DNA of 15,700 nucleotides from an uncultured archaeon (GTDB lineage Archaea > Asgardarchaeota > Heimdallarchaeia > Heimdallarchaeales > Kariarchaeaceae). The notes beneath the pieces were generated by a model. That model ran no database searches, was not told the DNA's origin, and worked only from the letters and a program-made list of their open reading frames with translations. The position numbers were made by a program, and so were the translations under genes. Positions 8,188 to 14,639 of the stretch are shown piece after piece. Position 1 is the first letter of the stretch, and each line of letters starts with the position of its first letter. The DNA is taken from assembly GCA_964645535.1 (NCBI GenBank), contig CAZYCQ010000066.1:1-15700 (forward strand), in the 5' to 3' direction.

Positions 8188-8224
8188 TTTACAGGGGAAT
8201 TACTTTTTAATAAGTAAATTCTCC
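8188..8224 (+). promoter_or_regulatory. Putative promoter of the LRR gene, with an overlapping imperfect palindrome
   Basis: TTTACAGGGGAA followed by TTTTTAAT (8204-8211), 24 bp before GTG 8236. Imperfect inverted repeat GGGGAATTACTT...AAGTAAATTCTCC at 8194-8224. Confidence 0.5.
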
Positions 8225-8235
8225 ATTAGTGTTCG

Positions 8236-9396
8236 GTGATTCCCTTGCGGGGGGAGCTATATCCAATCAACTGCAAACACATAATTCCAATCCAACCACA
8301 AGATCTACGAGTAATAGAATACATAAACAAAATCATTGGGGAGACCGGGGATAAAATCAGTCCTCCCGAAAATCAGGATCCCCTCCTCAAACAGATCCTT
8401 TCGTTTCTTCTTCCTGAAAACGCTTTCCATGAGCTAGGAAATTCTCACTATCATGTCATCGTATCCAAAAAAGGGGAAATTGTAGCATTTTTTGCGAAAA
8501 AAATTCTTCCCAATGTTCTTGAACATATTCTCAGACTGAATCATCTCAGGGCATTAAGCATCCAACTTGGAAATGTCATTTTCGACGACCTAGAAAAATG
8601 GTTAACATTGAAACCAATCGAATTCCTACATATTGAAAGCGATGAGACTGTTTTCTCTGATAATCTGCAAATTGCAAACATGCCCTATCTGAAACATCTT
8701 TCCATCAGTTTCAAATCATCACAACCATTAGATATCCAAGGACTAAATAGCTTGGTGTTTCTATCTATCAACGGACCTGATCTGACATTGCATGAGCTCC
8801 CTTCACTCAAAACATTCTGCATCAATGATCTATATAGCTACACCATATTGCACCCTAAAAAATTCCGAAGTCTTGCAACCATTGCCATCCGAAATGCTTA
8901 CGATTTACATGAAAACACATGGCTTCAAGAATTACCAAATCTTCAGGAACTGTATGTCCATAATTCTCCAATTGCAATAGAAACCATAAGCAATCTCTCA
9001 CTCAAAACACTTTCCATCACTGACGTTCTTATGCCAGTTCTTGATATCCCCCCACAAATGGAATTAAAGCATCTCATCATCAATAGATGCAGAGTACAGC
9101 AAATCAAAAATCTTCCCCCATCATTGGAAACACTTGATCTTGCCAACAACCTTATCACACAAATTCCCCCTCTAACTGGGTTTGACAACCTTCAGATTCT
9201 TTCTCTTCAAGACAACAGGATAGATGGCGAAAATACGCCTTCATTCTTTCCACCAAGCCTCAGAATGGTCAACCTTCAAGGAAATCCCATTAAATTCCTA
9301 AATCAGGAGTTTCTGAAGCAACTCAAGGGCATCCCAGTGGTACTTCTGCCAGGAATAATCCCGAACAGCATTCAAGTATCACAAGAAAGTGCCTGA
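8236..9396 (+). CDS. Leucine-rich repeat protein
   Basis: Repeated LxxLxLxxN units: LQELYVHNSPI, LKHLIINRCRV, LETLDLANNLI, LQILSLQDNRI and LRMVNLQGNPI. More degenerate repeats lie N-terminal to these. GTG start, no signal peptide. Confidence 0.88.
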   Translation: MIPLRGELYPINCKHIIPIQPQDLRVIEYINKIIGETGDKISPPENQDPLLKQILSFLLPENAFHELGNSHYHVIVSKKGEIVAFFAKKILPNVLEHILRLNHLRALSIQLGNVIFDDLEKWLTLKPIEFLHIESDETVFSDNLQIANMPYLKHLSISFKSSQPLDIQGLNSLVFLSINGPDLTLHELPSLKTFCINDLYSYTILHPKKFRSLATIAIRNAYDLHENTWLQELPNLQELYVHNSPIAIETISNLSLKTLSITDVLMPVLDIPPQMELKHLIINRCRVQQIKNLPPSLETLDLANNLITQIPPLTGFDNLQILSLQDNRIDGENTPSFFPPSLRMVNLQGNPIKFLNQEFLKQLKGIPVVLLPGIIPNSIQVSQESA

Positions 9397-9437
9397 TCCC
9401 AGAATATAAATACATAAAGTTCCATATTTACCCAAAC

Positions 9438-10535
9438 ATGAATCTCGAACAACAGCTCAGAAAAATGGTGAAACCCTCTCGCTTGTATAAGGAAATTCAC
9501 ACAAACAACCGAAGCTATCTCCAATGCCTTGCATGTGCCCATCAATGCAAAATTGCTCCTGGGAAAAAAGGCATTTGTCAAGTCAGATTTAATGAAGATG
9601 GAAAATTGTATGTACCTTATGGATATATTGCCAGTTGGCAGGTCGATCCTATTGAAAAGAAACCTTTCTTCCATGCATATCCTGGTGCTTCGGCACTTTC
9701 ATATGGAATGCTTGGATGTGATCTGCATTGTTCATACTGCCAAAACTGGCAAATTTCCCAAACCTTGAGAGATGAAAATGCAGGAACAAACCCAATCGAA
9801 GCCACTCCAGAACAAATTGTTGATTCCGCTATCAGATTCGGCGCTAGAGCAGTCGTTTCAACATATAACGAACCTCTGATCACTTCTGAATGGAGCAGGG
9901 ACGTCTTTGAGCTTGCCAAAAAAAACGGTCTCGCTACAGGTTATGTTTCAAATGGAAATGCCACTCCTGAGGTTCTCGATTTTATACGACCTGTCACAGA
10001 CCTCTACAAAATCGACCTAAAGACATTCAACGATAAAAACTACAGAGCATTGGGAACCTCACTTGAAAAAGTCCTTAATGGCATAAAAGAAGTCTATAAG
10101 AGAAAATTTTGGCTTGAGATTGTAACCTTGCTCATTCCTGGTTTCAATGATTCCCCAGAAGAAATCCATCAAATGGCTGAATTTCTTGCCGATATCTCAA
10201 CAGATATCCCTTGGCATATCACTGCATTCCATCCAGACTACAAAATGAACGACAAAAGATATACTTCTGCAAAGGATCTAATCAAAGCAGGAACTATCGC
10301 AAAAGAACATGGAATCAAATTCGTCTATCTTGGCAACATTCGGGGGCTTGAGGATTGGGAAAATACAATCTGTCCCAATTGCAATACAACACTCATCCGG
10401 CGGGATGTCTTCAGAATCAAAGACTATGCAATCACAGAAAAAGGAACCTGCCCTGAATGCAACACCAAAATACCTGGCATATGGGAGAAACCATCAGAAA
10501 GAATATCTGATCTCCCATTTGTGGTAAGATTCTAA
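9438..10535 (+). CDS. amrS: AmmeMemoRadiSam system radical SAM enzyme
   Basis: N-terminal CxxCxHxC..G.C.VR, then DPIEKKPFFH, the radical SAM motif CDLHCSYCQNW, TYNEP, WHITAFHPDYK and YLGN. C-terminal CPNC...CPEC. Confidence 0.95.
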   Translation: MNLEQQLRKMVKPSRLYKEIHTNNRSYLQCLACAHQCKIAPGKKGICQVRFNEDGKLYVPYGYIASWQVDPIEKKPFFHAYPGASALSYGMLGCDLHCSYCQNWQISQTLRDENAGTNPIEATPEQIVDSAIRFGARAVVSTYNEPLITSEWSRDVFELAKKNGLATGYVSNGNATPEVLDFIRPVTDLYKIDLKTFNDKNYRALGTSLEKVLNGIKEVYKRKFWLEIVTLLIPGFNDSPEEIHQMAEFLADISTDIPWHITAFHPDYKMNDKRYTSAKDLIKAGTIAKEHGIKFVYLGNIRGLEDWENTICPNCNTTLIRRDVFRIKDYAITEKGTCPECNTKIPGIWEKPSERISDLPFVVRF

Positions 10536-10568
10536 AATTGGCACCAACTCACTTGACTTATCCCTAAG

Positions 10569-10578
10569 TTTAAAAAAA
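10569..10578 (+). promoter_or_regulatory. TATA-like box for tRNA-Leu
   Basis: TTTAAAAA starts 34 bp upstream of the mature tRNA 5' end. Confidence 0.45.
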
Positions 10579-10602
10579 TCAAATTCCTCAAAAAAATTAA
10601 CT

Positions 10603-10687
10603 GCCGGGATCGCCCAGCCTGGTCAACGGCGAAGGACTTAAGATCCTTTCTCATTGGAGTTCGTGGGTTCAAATCCCACTCCCGGCA
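10603..10687 (+). tRNA. tRNA-Leu(TAA), intronless, CCA not encoded
   Basis: Acceptor stem GCCGGGA/TCCCGGC with discriminator A. D arm GCC..TGG..GGC. Anticodon arm AAGGA-CTTAAGA-TCCTT with TAA at 10639-10641. Long variable arm CTC-ATTG-GAG. T arm GTGGG-TTCAAAT-CCCAC. Confidence 0.96.
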
Positions 10688-10693
10688 TCTTCT

Positions 10694-10737
10694 GTATCCA
10701 TTCAAGTGATCCATTTTATGGATACTTTTCTTTTTCT
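10694..10737 (+). terminator. Putative terminator after tRNA-Leu: inverted repeat plus T tract
   Basis: GTATCCAT (10694-10701) pairs with ATGGATAC (10718-10725), followed by TTTTCTTTTTCT. Confidence 0.55.
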
Positions 10738-10814
10738 GGAATCTGTTTTTGTCATCACATGGACTCTACAACTTGATAGTCATATCTTATCTCCTTACAT
10801 TTCTTAACGTTTTC

Positions 10815-10832
10815 AGTAAACGCTTAAATAAT
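10815..10832 (+). promoter_or_regulatory. BRE/TATA-like promoter; probably a leaderless transcript of the Melted-like gene
   Basis: AGTAAACG-CTTAAATA ends about 22 bp before ATG 10853. Confidence 0.5.
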
Positions 10833-10852
10833 TTGTAGGAACTATTGTTTTG

Positions 10853-12466
10853 ATGAGTTTGATTGAAGCTCTCCGGAGAGGAGAAAAAGAGGCTTTTGGC
10901 CAATTAGATACCATGGAGCCGTCCTTGATAACTTCCAACCTTTCAGAGCTAATCGAAATTGCTTTGAAGCAGCAAGACCGCATGAATTCTTTTAATCTTC
11001 TTCGTAAAATTCATGAAGTACTCCAATCGGATCCTGTTTCACTTGAGGAAAATTTTGAAAGGATAGTGGATCTGATTAAACGAATTGTTGACATGGATTT
11101 ACCTGAGGATGACTTATTGAATAGTTCTGGTACGATGTTTCTTACCTTAATTCTTCCAAAATTCATGGCAGATCCCAGTATTGTTGATAGGTACGCTGGC
11201 TTTCTCTTGCATTTGATGGCTGTGGGTGGAACATATGGTCAGCTTTCAGCGTCGCCAATCAGTCAGGTTGCCCAGAACCGACCCCAAGTCATTGCTCCAT
11301 ATGTCAAGGAGTTGTTTTCGGCGATCAAGACAGGCAATGATACCCTATTGGTTGCACTTTATGGATTGTATCCCTACAACAAGGAAGGATTTGAAGAGGA
11401 ATTCGAGACTTTAATGGAGCTTTATAAGCTAAAACCTGCCCACAAATCGATCATTCTCAAAGTGATTGGTGATATCGCCACTTCCCGACCTGAGATGATT
11501 AAACCACACCTAGGAACATTTCTCCCCGATCTTTCAGGAATGGGAACCTCTTATCTTGTTCTAAACATTTTTACGGAAGTTGCAAAGGCTGATCCTCATG
11601 CTGTTGAACCTTTCATTGATCGGATTTATGCAGAGGTTGATAATCAACCCCATATGGCCTATTCAGTTCCTAATCTTCTTGGTCTGATTGGACGGGCGCT
11701 CCGCACTGAGGACATGTTGGAGAAATTGGTTGTCCTTATGCGTAAGGTTCCAGAAGAGGCCTTACCAATGGTTTTGGCAGAAATTCGTAACCTTGGAGAG
11801 ATGGACACATCCTTATTGGATCCATACATTACGGAAATCAAGAAATTAGAAAATCATCAGCAGGAAGGTGTGCGTGATCAGGCAAGAATGGTTGTTGATT
11901 TATATGAGGGGAGATCATTACGAACTCTTGAGCTTTCAATTGAGGAGCAAAACCGCCGGATAAGTGAGGCTGTTCAAAGCACAGAGGATCTACGTAGATA
12001 TGTGGATGAGAATGTTTCAGAATTGAAGGACTTCATTGCACAGATCAACAAAAAACTTCCCATTCCCAAACGTTTTTCGACTCGGGGAAAGATTCGTAAG
12101 ACCCTTATCCTTGAATTTGTCTGTGATGGAGGTTCTCCCAACTGTCTTTTCCCAGATGAACGTCCTTTTACGACAGAGACGAAAGATTGGAACAAATGGT
12201 TGAAAATTGCCTTTTCAGGAATTAAGTTGGGTAAGAGTCTCATAGTACCTGCTAGTGCTGGTGATGCAATCAGTGCAGTCAAGGATGCCTATGATGCATA
12301 CAAGGAGAAATATGACAAGGATTTCTTATCATATATCAAGGAGCCTTTCTTGACAAGTGCAGAACAAGACAATCTTGTAAACCAACTGCGGGATTCAAAG
12401 TTCTTTAATGTGTTCAGTTATGATGCTCAGACTGCCAATTGGGTTTGCACCATGTGCAGTCTATGA
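10853..12466 (+). CDS. HEAT/ARM-repeat protein with coiled coil and C-terminal Cys4 domain; probable Melted/VEPH1 homolog lacking the PH domain
   Basis: Amphipathic helical repeats over about aa 1-355 (e.g. AQNRPQVIAPYVKELF, ATSRPEMIKPHL, AKADPHAVEPFI). Coiled coil at about aa 357-400. The C-terminal domain contains KKLPIP..LEFVC-x6-CLF..W..FFNVFSY..WVCTMC. The VEPH1 similarity is from recalled sequence. Confidence 0.7.
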   Translation: MSLIEALRRGEKEAFGQLDTMEPSLITSNLSELIEIALKQQDRMNSFNLLRKIHEVLQSDPVSLEENFERIVDLIKRIVDMDLPEDDLLNSSGTMFLTLILPKFMADPSIVDRYAGFLLHLMAVGGTYGQLSASPISQVAQNRPQVIAPYVKELFSAIKTGNDTLLVALYGLYPYNKEGFEEEFETLMELYKLKPAHKSIILKVIGDIATSRPEMIKPHLGTFLPDLSGMGTSYLVLNIFTEVAKADPHAVEPFIDRIYAEVDNQPHMAYSVPNLLGLIGRALRTEDMLEKLVVLMRKVPEEALPMVLAEIRNLGEMDTSLLDPYITEIKKLENHQQEGVRDQARMVVDLYEGRSLRTLELSIEEQNRRISEAVQSTEDLRRYVDENVSELKDFIAQINKKLPIPKRFSTRGKIRKTLILEFVCDGGSPNCLFPDERPFTTETKDWNKWLKIAFSGIKLGKSLIVPASAGDAISAVKDAYDAYKEKYDKDFLSYIKEPFLTSAEQDNLVNQLRDSKFFNVFSYDAQTANWVCTMCSL

Positions 12467-12472
12467 TGTCTT

Positions 12473-14482
12473 TTAAATTCGTATTTTCCGATACTTCCTA
12501 ATTATGACAATGGTGGCAAAAGAAACAAGAAACGGCCAAACTTGGATTGGAATTCCCTCATCGGGAACTTCTTCGTTTTCCAGAGGTGAGGGTTGCCAAT
12601 TGAAATCCCAATTCTGTGCCTGTAAGCTTGAGGGTACTGAATCCTTATTCTGATTAAGAAATTCCTTAATGGAACCGATTGCTCGATCATATTCATTTGG
12701 TTCCCTCTCAAATTGTGTTACTGAAGAAACCAATTTCATCGCAGCATCAATTAAATTCTGGGTCTCCTGTTGGTTTCCAAGATTCGCCTCTTCAAGAGTC
12801 TTGATGTACTTATAATCCTCAATTCCCAATCTGAAGAGTTCAAGGCGTAATGATGATACTGGTTGTATGGTGTCTTTCTGTGTACTGTGTTCATCGACGA
12901 GGGTTCCCGGATAGACGAGGAACCCATCTCCATTTTGAGCAACTGTAGACCCACGTATTCTGAGTGCAGGACTATCAACATAGGGGTCAATGATTTGATC
13001 TGTTTGCGAGTTGTACCACGCCATAGCTGCCCAAAAGTTTACCCCTGCCAAGTTATATTTGTAGACAATCCATGGAAGAATACGGGAAAAAAGTGCTGGA
13101 TTGACAATACCTGCAACAGATGGAAATTCATAGTCCTTCTTTTGGATGCCTGGGGGATACTCTTCTTCATCTTCTGGAAGTTTCAATGCGGTCCAAGCCT
13201 GCTCATAGGCGGTCACCTTTGCGTTTCTTTTGATTGCATCATTGATGAATTGTGTGTCCCACTCAATATCTTCCTGTGGTGCAGACCAAGCAGTAAATTT
13301 ATCGTTCAAAGGTTCCCAACCTGATGTGTCGGTTTCAAGATCGAATTGGACAATTGGAGAATCCCAATCGATGGTTCCATCCACACGATAATGAAATTGA
13401 ACTTGGTCATTTCCTGCTTCATGTGTCAGAAGAGCATATTTTGCAATAAGCCATGCCTTTTCAGCGGTATCAGGTTCATCCAAATCGTCAATCCAGACCA
13501 ACCATTGGATATCTGTCATTCCATTTGAAACGACAAAATCGCGAAACTGCTGGAGAAAATCGGTATATGATTGGAAAGAATCGTCAGTTGCAGCCTCTTC
13601 AACTTCAAATCCCAGAACCTCTCCAAAATTGACAGGAACTCGTACAACCGGTGTGCTAAAATATTCTGAATAGATACTGAGCAACGGGTCAATGCTGTTC
13701 TTCCAATCATCGAAATTCCATTGACCGTTATCATAAGATGGAAGAACTCCCATCGCGTCAATAGTGTCGCTTGCAAGGATTCCGCGTTTGGCAAAGAATT
13801 CAACATAATCCATAGATATCTGATCTAATTCCTTACTTGTGGACGTGAATTGTTCCAACTCCCAAAGATCAAGATATGCTGGATTATAGAGTGGGTTTTT
13901 TAGAGGAATTGTGAAATCCAATACTTGAATGCTTACCTGAATTGAACCAGTGATTCCGCCAGAGAAATCAATCGAACCACTGTATGTTCCAGCTGGTGTA
14001 TCTGAAGGGATTATGACCTCTACCCATATGGGTTGATTTTTCGACCCCTCAACATCAAATGGCTCTGTCAGTGGAAGTAAAGCATCAGGATAAAGTCCCA
14101 ACTGATAATCATTGACGGATTCAAAGAGGGTTTCTTCCCTGACATTCACATAGTATTCCAAATATAGATTGATTGCCTTATCTGGAAGGTTGTTGTTGCC
14201 AGAAGAAAAAGTTCCGACATTGGCAGTAATCCCACTCAACGCTTGTGAAGGGGAAAGAACAACTTGAAATGCCCCAAATCCTCCTTTAGCTAAGGATAGT
14301 GAAACTGTTTGGTTTCCTTGAGGAAGGGTGGACAAGATACCAGACTGATCTTGAAATATTTTGGTGGTGGCATGTGTTGCCCAAATTTGCTGAGCCAAAA
14401 TCCCTATCGGTTCAGAATTGCTCTGCTGAAGCGGAACTATGGGTAAAAGTAGTATGAACAGAAAAGGAATGAGTAATCGCAT
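12473..14482 (-). CDS. Secreted, C-terminally membrane-anchored glycoside hydrolase (GH123-like, DUF4091 C-terminal domain)
   Basis: Signal peptide MRLLIPFLFILLLP. Motifs YPDALLP, NQPIWVEV.IP.DTPAGTYSG and LDEP. DUF4091 signature NGDGFLVYPG...PVSSLRLELFRLGIEDY. C-terminal TM helix followed by RKYRK. Confidence 0.8.
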   Translation of the reverse strand: MRLLIPFLFILLLPIVPLQQSNSEPIGILAQQIWATHATTKIFQDQSGILSTLPQGNQTVSLSLAKGGFGAFQVVLSPSQALSGITANVGTFSSGNNNLPDKAINLYLEYYVNVREETLFESVNDYQLGLYPDALLPLTEPFDVEGSKNQPIWVEVIIPSDTPAGTYSGSIDFSGGITGSIQVSIQVLDFTIPLKNPLYNPAYLDLWELEQFTSTSKELDQISMDYVEFFAKRGILASDTIDAMGVLPSYDNGQWNFDDWKNSIDPLLSIYSEYFSTPVVRVPVNFGEVLGFEVEEAATDDSFQSYTDFLQQFRDFVVSNGMTDIQWLVWIDDLDEPDTAEKAWLIAKYALLTHEAGNDQVQFHYRVDGTIDWDSPIVQFDLETDTSGWEPLNDKFTAWSAPQEDIEWDTQFINDAIKRNAKVTAYEQAWTALKLPEDEEEYPPGIQKKDYEFPSVAGIVNPALFSRILPWIVYKYNLAGVNFWAAMAWYNSQTDQIIDPYVDSPALRIRGSTVAQNGDGFLVYPGTLVDEHSTQKDTIQPVSSLRLELFRLGIEDYKYIKTLEEANLGNQQETQNLIDAAMKLVSSVTQFEREPNEYDRAIGSIKEFLNQNKDSVPSSLQAQNWDFNWQPSPLENEEVPDEGIPIQVWPFLVSFATIVIIRKYRKIRI

Positions 14483-14639
14483 AAAATTAAGAAAAAGGAC
14501 AAATATTTAAACCTGTAACAAATCCTTGCTTATTTTCAATTAATCTCCGAGATTTTTCAAAACTGGTGTTCACATAAATTGTACCGATCTTCCTTTTTGG
14601 AACCGTTTCATTTTTTTATGGTTGTTTAAGTTGGACAGT

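Noticed and set aside
10532-10714. 60-aa minus-strand ORF (CREWDLNPRTP...)
   Set aside because: It is the typical antisense translation of a tRNA gene.
70-13806. Many short alternative-frame or antisense ORFs nested in the main genes (e.g. 1542..1889, 5532..5927, 12863..13324)
   Set aside because: They overlap well-supported CDSs entirely or almost entirely and show no recognisable motifs.
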